DNA from: an uncultured Acidobacteriota bacterium
Lineage (GTDB): Bacteria > Acidobacteriota > Polarisedimenticolia > J045
Assembly (NCBI GenBank): GCA_963800865.1
Contig: CAWDCL010000005.1
Location: 516,477 to 580,476, forward strand
Direction: 5' to 3'
DNA length: 64,000 nt
Shown: one piece after another, positions 9,176 through 19,242 of the stretch
Position numbering within the stretch: the first letter of the stretch is position 1
How the letters are laid out: every line of letters begins with the position of its first letter
The notes under the pieces: generated by a model
Told to the model about the DNA's origin: nothing
What the model saw: only the letters and a program-made list of their open reading frames with translations
Databases searched by the model: none
Translations under genes and position numbers: made by a program

Positions 9176-9991
9176 TTACCAGTACTTTTCGGTGTGGACC
9201 TCCCCGGGCGCCTTCTTCGAGTGCTCCCGGAAGCCCTGCGCGGCGAGGATCGGGAGGATCGTCTCGATCATCTTCGGGTTGCCGCAGACGAAGATGTGGG
9301 TGTCCTCCGGCCGCGGCTCCCGGCCCCACGCCTCGGCGACGAGGCCGCGCTCCCAGAGGTGCTGGACGTAGCCGCGGTGTCCGGCCCACGGGACCGGCTC
9401 GGCGTCCGGGGCCGAGATCGCCGGGAGGTAGGCGAGGTTCTTCGACAGCCGCTGCATCGTCTGCAGCTCGGACCGGTAGCCGAGATCCCAGGAGTGCCGG
9501 GCCCCGTGCAGGACCGCGAAACGGGCCCCGGCCCGCACGTCGAGCTCGGTGCGCAGCATCGAGACGTACGGCGCGAGCCCGGTGCCGGTCGCGATCAGGA
9601 CGAGGTTCCGCCCGGCCGGGACCTCCCGCAGCGTGAACGTCCCGACGATCCGCGGCGCGAGCCAGATCGGCGAGCCCGAGGCGAGCATCCAGAGGCGCGG
9701 CGTCAGCGTGCCGGAGGTCACGAGCGAGATGTAGAGCTCGAGGTACTCCTTCGCGACCGACGACGAGGCCACCGAGTAGGCCCGCTTGATCAGCTTGTCC
9801 GGCGGGGGCGGCTCCGCCTCGATATCGCACCCGGGCAGCCGCGGCGCCAGGGGCGGCAGCCCGATCGTGCCGTACTGCCCGGGCAGGAAGTCGGGCAGCT
9901 CCCATCCGCGCGGCGCGACGCGCAGGATCATCAGGACCGGAGACAGGTCCTCGCGGTGCAGAACGACCGCGTTGGGTTCCTCGATCGGCAC
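9176..9991 (-). CDS. fpr: ferredoxin-NADP(+) reductase (flavodoxin reductase family)
   Basis: 271 aa with RAYSVAS (FAD-binding), LVLIATGTGLAPYVSM (NADP-binding) and the C-terminal EKYW typical of Fpr. Confidence 0.8.
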   Translation of the reverse strand: MPIEEPNAVVLHREDLSPVLMILRVAPRGWELPDFLPGQYGTIGLPPLAPRLPGCDIEAEPPPPDKLIKRAYSVASSSVAKEYLELYISLVTSGTLTPRLWMLASGSPIWLAPRIVGTFTLREVPAGRNLVLIATGTGLAPYVSMLRTELDVRAGARFAVLHGARHSWDLGYRSELQTMQRLSKNLAYLPAISAPDAEPVPWAGHRGYVQHLWERGLVAEAWGREPRPEDTHIFVCGNPKMIETILPILAAQGFREHSKKAPGEVHTEKYW

Positions 9992-10088
9992 GGCGGCATT
10001 CTACCCGCCCGCGTGCGGCGCGGGGCCCCGCGCGCGGCCGTCCGGCAGCCGGCCCATCGGACCGCGCGCTGGTGTACATTCCCCCGCC

Positions 10089-12149
10089 ATGGCGCCCTTT
10101 CGCTGGCTGGTCTGGGTCGCGGTCGCGCTGACCGGCGCGGCCGCCTTCGCGGCGGTGGCCTTCGCGCGCGCCGAACCGGTCTCCGCGGCCTACATCGTGA
10201 TCGCGGCGGTCTGCACGTACGCGATCGCCTATCGCTTCTACTCGCACTTCATCGCCTTCCGGGTCCTGCGGCTCAGCGACACCAACGTCACGCCGGCGGT
10301 GCGCCACAACGACGGCCACGACTTCGTGCCGACCAACCGCTGGGTCGTCTTCGGCCACCATTTCGCGGCGATCGCGGGGCCGGGACCGCTGATCGGTCCG
10401 ATTCTCGCGGCGCAGTTCGGCTACCTGCCGGGGACGATCTGGATCCTGATCGGCGGCGTCCTCGGCGGCGCGGTGCAGGACTTCATCGTGCTCGTGATGA
10501 GCACGCGCCGCGACGGTCGTTCGCTGGCCAAGCTGGCCCGCGACTATCTCGGCCCGTGGGGCGCGATCGCCGGGACGATCGGGATCCTGCTGATCATGAT
10601 CATCCTGATCGCGGTGCTGGGGCTGGTGGTGGTCAACGCGCTGGCCGAGAGCCCCTGGGGCCTCTTCACCGTCGGGATGACGATCCCGATCGCGATGGGG
10701 ATGGGGCTGATCATGCGCGGCGGCCACGGGCGCGAGGTCTGGATCGCGACCTCGATCGGGCTGGTCTTCCTGCTCGCCGCGCTGTGGGGCGGGCACTGGA
10801 TCTCGGTCCACCCGGCGCTCGGTCCGGCTTTCACGCTGGCGCGGCTGCCGCTGGCCTGGCTCGTGATCGCCTACGGCCTGGCGGCCTCGATCCTGCCGGT
10901 CTGGCTGCTGCTCGCACCGCGCGACTACCTGTCGACCTTCGTCAAGCTGGGGACGGTCTTCCTGCTGGCGATCGGGATCCTCGCGGTGCGCCCCGAGCTG
11001 CACCTGCCGGCGATCACCCGCTTCGCCGACGGCTCGGGGCCGATCTTCGGCGGGACGATCTTCCCGTTCTGCTTCATCACGATCGCCTGCGGCGCGATCT
11101 CGGGCTTCCACTCGCTGATCGCCTCCGGCACCACGCCCAAGCTGCTCGAGCGCGAGACCGACGCGCGCTTCATCGGCTACGGCGCGATGCTGCTGGAGAG
11201 CTTCGTCGCGATCATGGCGATGATCGCCGCCGCCTCGCTCCCGCCGGGCGAATACTTCGCGATCAACACCGCCAAGCCGCTCGAGTGGATCACCCAGCAG
11301 GGCTTCCCGGTCACGGCCGAGCAGATGCAGCTGCTGGCCGAACGCGTCGGCGAGAAGACCGTCCAGGCCCGCACCGGCGGCGCGCCGTGCCTGGCGGTGG
11401 GGATGGCCGAGATCTTCCACCGCTTCCTCGGCGGCGAGGCGCTGGCCGCGCTCTGGTACCACTTCGCGATCATGTTCGAGGCGCTGTTCATCCTGACCAC
11501 GCTCGACGCGGGGACGCGCGTCGGGCGCTACATCCTGCAGGACGCCCTGCTGCGGGTCGCGCCGAAGCTGGCCGGGACGGGGTGGGGCCCGAACGTGATC
11601 ACCAGCACGCTGTTCGTCTCGGCCTGGGGCTACTTCGTGATCGCCGGGGTGATCGACCCGCACGGCGGGATCCGCGCGCTGTGGCCGCTGTTCGGGATCG
11701 CCAACCAGCTGCTCGCGGCGACGGCGCTGACGATCGCCACGACGATCCTGCTGCGGACGGGAAAGAAGCGGTACGCCTGGGTCACCGGGATCCCCCTGGC
11801 CTGGCTGCTGGCGGTGACGATGACCGCCGGGACCGAGTACGTCTTCCACCCCGACCCGCGGATCGGCTTTCTCGCCAAGGCCAGCGCCATGGCCAGCGGC
11901 GCGCTCCCGGTGGACGCGGCGACGAAAGGGATCCAGGTCTTCAACGCGCGGCTCGACGCCTTCCTGGCGCTCGTCTTCCTGGTGCTGGTCGCGACGGTGG
12001 TCCTGTCCGCGGTGCGGCAGTGGCTCCGGATCCTGCGCGGCGGGCTGGCGCTGGAGCCGGACCCGCCGGTGCCCTGGACCGGCGGCGCCGCGGCGCCGGC
12101 GGCGTGGGGCGACGTGCCGCGCTCCGCGGGGGGCCCGCGCTGCTGCTGA
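10089..12149 (+). CDS. cstA: carbon starvation protein A
   Basis: ATG at 10089 with MAPFRWLVW...; 686 aa polytopic membrane protein with CstA N- and C-domains (GHHFAAIAGPGPLIGPILAAQFGYLPG). The upstream part of ORF 9786..12149 is spurious. Confidence 0.9.
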   Translation: MAPFRWLVWVAVALTGAAAFAAVAFARAEPVSAAYIVIAAVCTYAIAYRFYSHFIAFRVLRLSDTNVTPAVRHNDGHDFVPTNRWVVFGHHFAAIAGPGPLIGPILAAQFGYLPGTIWILIGGVLGGAVQDFIVLVMSTRRDGRSLAKLARDYLGPWGAIAGTIGILLIMIILIAVLGLVVVNALAESPWGLFTVGMTIPIAMGMGLIMRGGHGREVWIATSIGLVFLLAALWGGHWISVHPALGPAFTLARLPLAWLVIAYGLAASILPVWLLLAPRDYLSTFVKLGTVFLLAIGILAVRPELHLPAITRFADGSGPIFGGTIFPFCFITIACGAISGFHSLIASGTTPKLLERETDARFIGYGAMLLESFVAIMAMIAAASLPPGEYFAINTAKPLEWITQQGFPVTAEQMQLLAERVGEKTVQARTGGAPCLAVGMAEIFHRFLGGEALAALWYHFAIMFEALFILTTLDAGTRVGRYILQDALLRVAPKLAGTGWGPNVITSTLFVSAWGYFVIAGVIDPHGGIRALWPLFGIANQLLAATALTIATTILLRTGKKRYAWVTGIPLAWLLAVTMTAGTEYVFHPDPRIGFLAKASAMASGALPVDAATKGIQVFNARLDAFLALVFLVLVATVVLSAVRQWLRILRGGLALEPDPPVPWTGGAAAPAAWGDVPRSAGGPRCC

Positions 12150-12161
12150 CGGGGCCGCGCG

Positions 12162-14213
12162 CTACTTCACGTACCCGAGCGCCTCGAGCTGCTTGAGCTG
12201 GTCGACCGAGATGTCCTCGAGCGCGAGCCGCTTGGGGTGGCGGCCGGCCGGAGCGGACGCCTCCCAGCGCGCGAGCGGCGGCTCGAGCCCGGCCACCAGG
12301 TCCGGGCGCGACCGGTAGAGGTTCTTCGTCTCGCCCGGGTCGGCCTCGAGGTCGTACAGCTCCCACGTCTCGTTCGCCCCCGGACCCTCGTGCGCGGCCC
12401 ACCAGAGCCGCTGCACCCCCTTGCGGGTGAGGAGCGACCCGGGCCGGAACGCGCTGCCGGGCAGCGCCGTGCCGCGCGGGTTGAAGATCAGCTTGTGCCG
12501 CTCGTCGCTGGCGACGAGCGAGAGCGAGTCGACGGTGGAGCCTTCCTCGGCGAAGACATGGCGCGAGGCGGGCGCGCCCTCCTCGCCGAGCAGGAGCGGC
12601 CAGAGGCTCTGCCCCTCGTAGGTCGGCGACCGCGACACGCCGACGGCAGCCAGGATCGTCGGCGCCAGGTCGGTCGTCTCGACCGCGGTCTCGACCACGC
12701 GCGGCCCGGTGATCGCCTTCGGGTAGCGGACGATCAGGGGGATGTGGAGCGATGTGTCGTAAGGCGCCTTGCCGTGGGCGAAGAAGATCAGGTGCTCGGT
12801 CATGCTCTCGCCATGGTCGGCGGTGAGGATGACCAGCGTGTCGTCGCGCAGGCCGAGGCGATCGACGGCGTCGAGCAGCCGCCCGATCTCGGCGTCGGTG
12901 AAGGCGATCTCCTCGTCGTAGCGCGCGATGTAGAGGTCCACGTCGCGCGAACCGTTCTCGATCACCGCCGGGGCGTTGATCTCGCCGAAGGCGGTGTTCC
13001 CGAGCGGGGGCCGCAGGTCCTTGTGGCGCCCGTAGAGCGCGTCGCCGACGAAGCGGTCCCGGTAGGAGGCGGGCGGGATGTAGGGCGCGTGGGGATCGAC
13101 GTAGTGCAGGTAGAGGAAGAACGGCTCGGCGCCGTGCCGTTCGAGCCACGGGATCGCGGTGTCGGTCACCTCGTCCGCGGTCGCGTGCAGCTCCCCGTTG
13201 CCCAGCTCGACGTAGTCCTCGTACCCCTGCTGGAAGTTGAAGACGTGGGACAGGTTGGCGTTGGTGATGATCCCGCCGGTGCGCCAGCCACGCGGGCCGA
13301 GGATCTCCGGCAGCGTCAGCGCTTCGTCGGGCAGGACGGAGCGGACGTCGAGCAGCCCGTGGGTGTGCGGATAGGTCCCCGTGGTGATCGTGGCGACGCT
13401 GGGACTGGTGCGGCCCTTCTGCGCCAGCGTGCGCGCGAAGCGCACCCCCTCGCGCGCGAAGGCGTCGATCCGCGGGCTCGTCGCGCGGGCGTAGCCGTAG
13501 GACGACAGGTGATCGGCGCGCAGCGTGTCGATCACGATCAGGAGGACGTTGCGGGCGACCGGGAACGAGGGCGGCGTCTCCACGGCCGTGGACTTCGGGG
13601 CGGCGGACGGGGTGCCGGCGGGCGGCGCTGCAGCGGCCCCCGGAGGACGCGGCGCGGCGGGGAAGAGGGCTGCGAGCGCCACGCCGGCCAGGGCGAGCGC
13701 AGCGGCGGGCGGCGCGAGGCGCTGCGCGCGGGTGCGGAGCGCGGGACCGCCTGCGAGCCATGCCGCCGCGGCCGCGATCGCCAGCGCGGCCAGCCCGGCG
13801 ACGATCCAGCCGGGGAGCCTGGGGAAACTCGCGCCGGCGACGAGGCCGCGGCCACAGGCGCCGCTCGCCAGGACGATCGCGGCGACTTCCAGCGCCCGCC
13901 GCGGCGCTGCGGCGGCCGGCCAGGCGAGTGCGAGCCAGGAGAAGACGAGCCCGAGGCCCAGGCCGACGAGGGCCCCCGCGGCCACCCCGAGCGCCACGGC
14001 GTACCCGGCCAGCAGCAGGTTCCAGCCCGGCCCATCGAGGATGCCGCCGCGGTAGAACCCGAGGATCGCGCCGACACCGAGCGACACGAAGCCGCCCGCG
14101 AAGGCGCCCGCCGCGACCGTCCCTGAGACCAGTTCTCGCGCTGCGGGAACTCGCCATCCCCTATCGAACTTGTTCACGCGTGGGAGGTTACAGTGCGGCC
14201 GAGGGGTGGGCAA
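12162..14213 (-). CDS. membrane-anchored sulfatase-family (alkaline-phosphatase superfamily) hydrolase/transferase
   Basis: Five N-terminal TM helices, then VLLIVIDTLRADHLSSYGY...TSPSVATITTGTYPHTHG...ILTADHGE, which is the sulfatase/LtaS-like catalytic domain. The start codon is uncertain (TTG at 14213 or internal GTG). Confidence 0.7.
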   Translation of the reverse strand: MPTPRPHCNLPRVNKFDRGWRVPAARELVSGTVAAGAFAGGFVSLGVGAILGFYRGGILDGPGWNLLLAGYAVALGVAAGALVGLGLGLVFSWLALAWPAAAAPRRALEVAAIVLASGACGRGLVAGASFPRLPGWIVAGLAALAIAAAAAWLAGGPALRTRAQRLAPPAAALALAGVALAALFPAAPRPPGAAAAPPAGTPSAAPKSTAVETPPSFPVARNVLLIVIDTLRADHLSSYGYARATSPRIDAFAREGVRFARTLAQKGRTSPSVATITTGTYPHTHGLLDVRSVLPDEALTLPEILGPRGWRTGGIITNANLSHVFNFQQGYEDYVELGNGELHATADEVTDTAIPWLERHGAEPFFLYLHYVDPHAPYIPPASYRDRFVGDALYGRHKDLRPPLGNTAFGEINAPAVIENGSRDVDLYIARYDEEIAFTDAEIGRLLDAVDRLGLRDDTLVILTADHGESMTEHLIFFAHGKAPYDTSLHIPLIVRYPKAITGPRVVETAVETTDLAPTILAAVGVSRSPTYEGQSLWPLLLGEEGAPASRHVFAEEGSTVDSLSLVASDERHKLIFNPRGTALPGSAFRPGSLLTRKGVQRLWWAAHEGPGANETWELYDLEADPGETKNLYRSRPDLVAGLEPPLARWEASAPAGRHPKRLALEDISVDQLKQLEALGYVK

Positions 14214-14311
14214 ACCGTCGCTCGCGGAGCGGTCGCGCGCTGCCCGGAATCCATGACGGGGCGCCGGGAAGAGCCGCTAGAATCGAATCCCGTGACCGCA
14301 CAGGACCGGCC

Positions 14312-15490
14312 GTGACCCCCCCCGCACCCCGACGGCTGCGCGTGCTGCGCGTCGTCAGCCGCCTCGACACCGGCGGGATCGAGATGCGGCTGCTCGACCT
14401 GCTGCCACGGCTCGATCCGGCACGCTTCGAGGTCCAGGTGGTCTCGATCCGCCGGGCCGGGACGGTCGCCGCGCTGCTCGAGGAGCGCGGCGTCCCGGTG
14501 ACGGTGGTCCGCTGCCACGGCCACCTGGCGACCCTCTGGTCGGCCTTCAAGCTGTCGCGCTTCATCCGGACCTTCCGGCCCGACATCGTGCACGGCCACA
14601 CCCTGGTCCCGTCGCTCTACGCCACGCGCGCCGGGCGGATGGCCGGCGTGCCGGTCCGGGTCGCCAACTTCCACAACGTGGGCGAGGCGTTCACCGGCGC
14701 GCAGGTCCGCGCGGAGCGGCGCTGGTCGCCGCGGCGCGACGTCACGCTGCACGTCAGCCGCGCGGTCCACGACGACTACCTGGCGACCTTCACCCCGCCG
14801 CTCGACAACGGCCGCGTGATCTACAACGGCGTGCACGTCGACCGCTTCCGCGAGCCGCCTTCGCCGGAACTGCGGGCGCGGCTGCTGGACGAGCTGGGGC
14901 TCGCGGGGCGGGATCCGGTCCTGATGACGGTCGCGCGGATCCACGCGCAGAAGGGGCCCGAGGACCTGCTGGAGGCGTTCGCGCGGGTGCGGGCCGTCCA
15001 CCCCCGCGCGGCGCTGGCGTGGGTCGGCGACGGGCCGGCGGCGGCGGCGCTGCGCGAGCGTGCCGGCGCGCTGGGCGTCGCTCAGGACCTGTTCGTCACC
15101 GGGATGCGCGAGGACGTGCGCGACCTCTACCACCTGGCGACGCTGCACGTCATGGCCTCGCACCGCGAAGGGTTCAGCAACGTGCTGCTCGAGGCGATGG
15201 CCGCCGGCCTCCCGCAGGTGGTCACCGACGTCGGCGGCAACCGCGAGGCGCTGGGAGAGTCCGGCGCGGGGATCCTGGTGCCGTCTCACCGGCCGGACCT
15301 GCTGGGCGAGGCGCTGCTGGCGGTGCTGGGCGACGGCGCGCGGCTGGCCGCGATGGCCGAGGCAGCGCGCGTGCGCGCCGGGGCGTTCAGCGCGGACGAG
15401 CAACTGCGGCAGACCGAGGCGCTGTACCTCGAGCTGGCGCGGGCGAAGGGCCTGGCGGGCGCGCTCGGCACGCCGGGCGCGGGGAGTTGA
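14312..15490 (+). CDS. glycosyltransferase family 1 (GT4-type)
   Basis: [16 protein letters not shown] near the N-terminus and the C-terminal [29 protein letters not shown] motif (the E-X7-E region). GTG start at 14312 or 14342. Confidence 0.75.
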   Translation: MTPPAPRRLRVLRVVSRLDTGGIEMRLLDLLPRLDPARFEVQVVSIRRAGTVAALLEERGVPVTVVRCHGHLATLWSAFKLSRFIRTFRPDIVHGHTLVPSLYATRAGRMAGVPVRVANFHNVGEAFTGAQVRAERRWSPRRDVTLHVSRAVHDDYLATFTPPLDNGRVIYNGVHVDRFREPPSPELRARLLDELGLAGRDPVLMTVARIHAQKGPEDLLEAFARVRAVHPRAALAWVGDGPAAAALRERAGALGVAQDLFVTGMREDVRDLYHLATLHVMASHREGFSNVLLEAMAAGLPQVVTDVGGNREALGESGAGILVPSHRPDLLGEALLAVLGDGARLAAMAEAARVRAGAFSADEQLRQTEALYLELARAKGLAGALGTPGAGS

Positions 15491-15492
15491 TC

Positions 15493-16439
15493 GTGCCCGA
15501 AGGGCCGCGCGCGCTCCGGGTCGTCGATTCGCACACCGGCGGCGAGCCGACGCGCGTCGTCGTCTCCGGCGGCCCGGACCTCCCGCGCGTCCCGCTCGCC
15601 GAGTGCCGCGAGATCCTGCGCCGCGAGCACGACTGGCTGCGCTCGGCGGTGGTCAACGAGCCGCGCGGGTCGGACGTGCTGGTCGGCGCGCTCGTCGTCG
15701 CGCCGGTCGACCCGTCGTGCGCGGCCGGCGTCGTCTTCTTCAACAACGTCGGCTACCTCGGGATGTGCGGCCACGGGACGATCGGGCTGGTCGTGACGCT
15801 GGCCCACCTGGGGCGGATCGCGCCGGGGCGGCACGCGATCGAGACGCCGGTCGGGACGGTGACGGCGGAGCTGCACGCCGACGGCACGGTGTCGGTGCGC
15901 AACGTCCCCAGCTACCGCTTCCGGCGCGGCGTCGCGGTGGACGTCGCCGGCTACGGCAGGATGACGGGCGACGTCGCCTGGGGCGGCAACTGGTTCTTCC
16001 TGGTCTCCGACCACGGGCAGGAGCTCGCGCTCGGCCAACGTCGCGCGGCTGACCGAGTTGCGCGACGCGGATCCGCGAGGCGCTGGAGCGCGAGGGGATC
16101 ACCGGCGACGACGGCGCCGAGATCGATCACATCGAGCTGTTCGGCCCCTCGGAGCGCGCCGACAGCCGGAACTTCGTGCTCTGCCCCGGCCTGGCGTACG
16201 ACCGCTCGCCGTGCGGGACCGGCACGAGCGCCAAGCTGGCCTGTCTCGTCGCCGACGGCCGGCTGGCGCCGGGCCGGGAATGGCGGCAGGAGAGCATCGT
16301 CGGCAGCGTCTTCACCGGAAGCGTCGAGGTCGCCGACGGGGCGATCGTCCCCACGATCCGCGGCGCGGCGTTCGTGACCGCCGAGGCGACGCTCGTGCTG
16401 GATCCGCGCGACCCGTTCCGGCACGGGATCGCCCCGTGA
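15493..16439 (+). pseudogene. 4-hydroxyproline 2-epimerase / proline racemase family gene interrupted by two +1 frameshifts
   Basis: N-terminus in frame 1 ([11 protein letters not shown]...MCGHGTIG...[14 protein letters not shown]). A short segment [13 protein letters not shown] follows in frame 2 (about 16031-16069). The C-terminus is in frame 0 ([26 protein letters not shown]...[16 protein letters not shown]...stop at 16439). Both catalytic Cys motifs are present. The two single-base insertions lie near 16031 and 16070. Confidence 0.7.
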
Positions 16440-17563
16440 CGGGCTCCCCTTCCCCGGAGGTCGTCGTCGTCGGGGCGGGGATCGTCGGCGCGGCCTGCGC
16501 GTGGGAGCTGGCGCGCGCCGGGGTGCGCGTCGCCGTGCTCGAGGCCGGGCTCGCCGGCGGCGGCGCGACCGCGGCGGGGATGGGACACGTGGTCGTGCTC
16601 GACGACAACGAGCCCGAGTTCCGGCTGGCGAAGCTGTCGCGCGACCTGTGGGACGCGCTCGCGCCCGGGCTGCCGGAGGGTGCGGAGTTCACGCGCCCCG
16701 GCACGCTGTGGGTGGCGGCGGACGGCGAGGAGCTGGCCGCGGCCGGGCGGCGGTGCGCGGCCTACCGCGCACGCGGCGTGGCGGCGGAGGTGCTGGACGC
16801 GCGGCAGCTCGCCGCGGCCGAACCGCAGCTGCGCGAAGGGCTCGCAGGCGGCTTGCTGGTGCCGGACGACGCCGTCGTCTACCCGCCGTGCGTCGTGCCG
16901 TGGCTGCTGGACGAGGCGCGCCGGCACGGGGCGCAGGTCGAGGAAGGCCGGCGCGTCGCGCGGATCGAGGAGCGCGCCGTGCGCTGCGAGGACGGCTCGC
17001 GCCGCGCGGCGCGGTGGATCGTGCTCGCGACCGGCGTCTTCGCGCCGGAGCTGGCGCCCGGCGTGCCGGTGCGGCGGCGCAAGGGACACCTCGTCATCAC
17101 CGACCGCTACCCGGGGTTCGTGCGGCACCAGCTGGTGGAGCTGGGGTACCTGAAGAGCGCGCACACGATGGGCAGCGAGTCGGTCGCGTTCAACGTGCAG
17201 CCGCGCCCGACGGGTCAGCTGCTGATCGGCTCCTCGCGGCAGCTGGGGGTCGACGACGACGCGATCGACCACCGGCTGCTGGCGCGGATGCTGGAGCGCG
17301 CGCTGTCGTACGTCCCCGGGCTCGCCGGCCTGCACGCGCTCCGCGCCTGGACCGGCTTCCGCGCGGCGACGCCCGACGGCCAGCCGCTGATCGGGCCGTG
17401 GCCGGGGAACGACGGGCTGCTGCTCGCGACCGGTCACGAAGGGCTGGGGATCACGACCGCCTTCGGCACCGCGCGGCTGATCGCCGACCTGGTGCTCGAG
17501 CGCACGTCGCCGATCCCGCGCGAGCCGTACCTGCCGGCGCGCTTTTCGGAGCGGGCGCCGTGA
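16436..17563 (+). CDS. FAD-dependent oxidoreductase (D-hydroxyproline dehydrogenase beta-subunit / DadA-like)
   Basis: GTG overlapping the upstream stop. [30 protein letters not shown] is the Rossmann motif, and the protein has a DAO-family C-terminus. Confidence 0.75.
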   Translation: MTGSPSPEVVVVGAGIVGAACAWELARAGVRVAVLEAGLAGGGATAAGMGHVVVLDDNEPEFRLAKLSRDLWDALAPGLPEGAEFTRPGTLWVAADGEELAAAGRRCAAYRARGVAAEVLDARQLAAAEPQLREGLAGGLLVPDDAVVYPPCVVPWLLDEARRHGAQVEEGRRVARIEERAVRCEDGSRRAARWIVLATGVFAPELAPGVPVRRRKGHLVITDRYPGFVRHQLVELGYLKSAHTMGSESVAFNVQPRPTGQLLIGSSRQLGVDDDAIDHRLLARMLERALSYVPGLAGLHALRAWTGFRAATPDGQPLIGPWPGNDGLLLATGHEGLGITTAFGTARLIADLVLERTSPIPREPYLPARFSERAP

Positions 17564-19242
17564 GCGGGCGCGTGACGCTGACCGTCGACGGGCGCGCGGT
17601 CTCCGTGGCCGCCGGCGCCACCGTCGCGGCGGCGATCGCCGCGGCGGGAGTCGCGGTCTTCCGGCACTCGGTCACGGGCGCGGCGCGGGCGCCGCTCTGC
17701 GGGATGGGGATCTGCCACGAGTGCCGCGTCACGATCGACGGCGAGCCGCACCGGCTGGCCTGCCAGACGGCTTGCGCGGAGGGGATGCGGGTGGAGACGG
17801 CCGCCGCCGGCGCGGGAGCGAGCGCGGGAGCGAGCGCCGGCGCCGGGAGCGAGCGCCGGCCCGGGCGCGGCCGCGCAGGGGGGCGCCGCGTGAGCGCGCT
17901 CGCGGCGGTGAGCTGCGACGTGCTCGTCGTCGGCGCCGGGCCGGCGGGGCTGGCGGCGGCGGGCGCGGCAGCGGACGCGGGCTGCCGCGTCGTCGTGCTC
18001 GACGACAATCCCGCGCCGGGCGGGCAGATCTGGCGCGGCGCGCGCGCGGCCGGCGGCGGCGCGAAGGACGGTCGCACGGCCGACGATCGCGCGGCGGCGC
18101 CGTGGCTGGCCGCGCTGGACCGCCCCGCGGTGCAGGTGATCGCGGGGGCGCGGCTGTTCGCACGGCCCGCGCCGGGGGTCGCGCTGGCGGAGACGCCGCG
18201 CGGCGCGCTCGCGGTGCACCATGCGCGCGCCGTGCTCTGCCCGGGCGCGCGCGAGCTGTTCCTGCCGTTCCCGGGATGGACGCTGCCGGGCGTCACCGGC
18301 GCGGGCGGGCTCTCGGCGCTGGTGAAATCGGGGACCGCCGTCGCGGACGCCCGCGTCGTCGTGGCCGGGAGCGGCCCGCTGCTGTTCGCGGTCGCGCGTG
18401 ACCTGAAGCGGCACGGTGCGCGGGTGCTGCTGGTCGCGGAGCAGGCGCCGCCGGCGCGCGTCGCGCGCTTCGCGGCCTCGCTCGTGCGCTGGCCGGCGAA
18501 GCTGGCCGACGCGGCCGTTCACCGCGCGGCGCTCGCCGGCACGCCGTACCGGACCGGGACCTGGCCGGTCGAGGCGTGCGGTGGGGAGTCGCTGTCGGCG
18601 GTGCGCCTGACCGACGGCCGGCGCGTGCGCGAGGTCGCGTGCGACCGCCTCGCCTGCGCCTTCGGGCTGGTGGCGAACACCGAGCCCGCACGGCTGTTCG
18701 GATGCGCGGTCGAGGCGGGCGCAGTGACGGTCGGCGCGCGGCAGGAGACCTCCGAGCCGGGTGTCTTCGCCGCGGGCGAGATCGTCGGGATCGCCGGGCT
18801 CGACGCGGCGCTGGCGGAGGGGGAGATCGCGGGGCTCGCGGCGGCGGCGGGGCTCGCGAGCCGGGGCGCGCACGATGCGCCCGGCGTGCCGGCGCGACTC
18901 GCCCGCGCGCGCGACGGGGCGCGCGCTTTCGGCCGGGCGATGGCGCGGGCCTTCGCGCTGCGCGACGATCTGCGCGCGCTCGCCGGGCCCGGCACGGTGG
19001 TCTGCCGCTGCGAGGACGTCCCTCTCGCGGCCCTCGCCGGCCAGCCCGGGTGGCGTGCCGCGAAGCTCAGGACACGCTGCGGGATGGGTCCCTGCCAGGG
19101 GCGGGTCTGCGGCGCGGCGACGGAGTTCCTGTTCGGATGGGGTGCGGACTCGGTACGGCCGCCGGCCGTGCCGGTGCGCCTCGACAGTCTCGCGGCCGTG
19201 GGTGGGATCCCGCCGGCCGGTGCGGAAGGACCGACGCGATGA
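17560..19242 (+). CDS. fused 2Fe-2S ferredoxin-like domain plus FAD/NAD(P)-binding oxidoreductase (opine-oxidase/LhpE-LhpF-like) with C-terminal BFD-like [2Fe-2S] domain
   Basis: N-terminus LTVDGRAVSV...CGMGICHECRV. A Gly/Ala/Ser linker is encoded by a GGGAGCGAGCGC tandem repeat. Next comes DVLVVGAGPAGLAAAGAAADAG (Rossmann). The C-terminus has CRCEDV...CGMGPCQGRVC. The start overlaps the upstream stop (GTGA). Confidence 0.7.
   Translation: MSGRVTLTVDGRAVSVAAGATVAAAIAAAGVAVFRHSVTGAARAPLCGMGICHECRVTIDGEPHRLACQTACAEGMRVETAAAGAGASAGASAGAGSERRPGRGRAGGRRVSALAAVSCDVLVVGAGPAGLAAAGAAADAGCRVVVLDDNPAPGGQIWRGARAAGGGAKDGRTADDRAAAPWLAALDRPAVQVIAGARLFARPAPGVALAETPRGALAVHHARAVLCPGARELFLPFPGWTLPGVTGAGGLSALVKSGTAVADARVVVAGSGPLLFAVARDLKRHGARVLLVAEQAPPARVARFAASLVRWPAKLADAAVHRAALAGTPYRTGTWPVEACGGESLSAVRLTDGRRVREVACDRLACAFGLVANTEPARLFGCAVEAGAVTVGARQETSEPGVFAAGEIVGIAGLDAALAEGEIAGLAAAAGLASRGAHDAPGVPARLARARDGARAFGRAMARAFALRDDLRALAGPGTVVCRCEDVPLAALAGQPGWRAAKLRTRCGMGPCQGRVCGAATEFLFGWGADSVRPPAVPVRLDSLAAVGGIPPAGAEGPTR

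Noticed and set aside
17800-17880. Tandem DNA repeat GGGAGCGAGCGC x3
   Set aside because: It is not a CRISPR or VNTR locus of its own. It encodes the Gly/Ala/Ser linker (AGASAGASAGAGSE) between the 2Fe-2S and FAD domains of the fused oxidoreductase.
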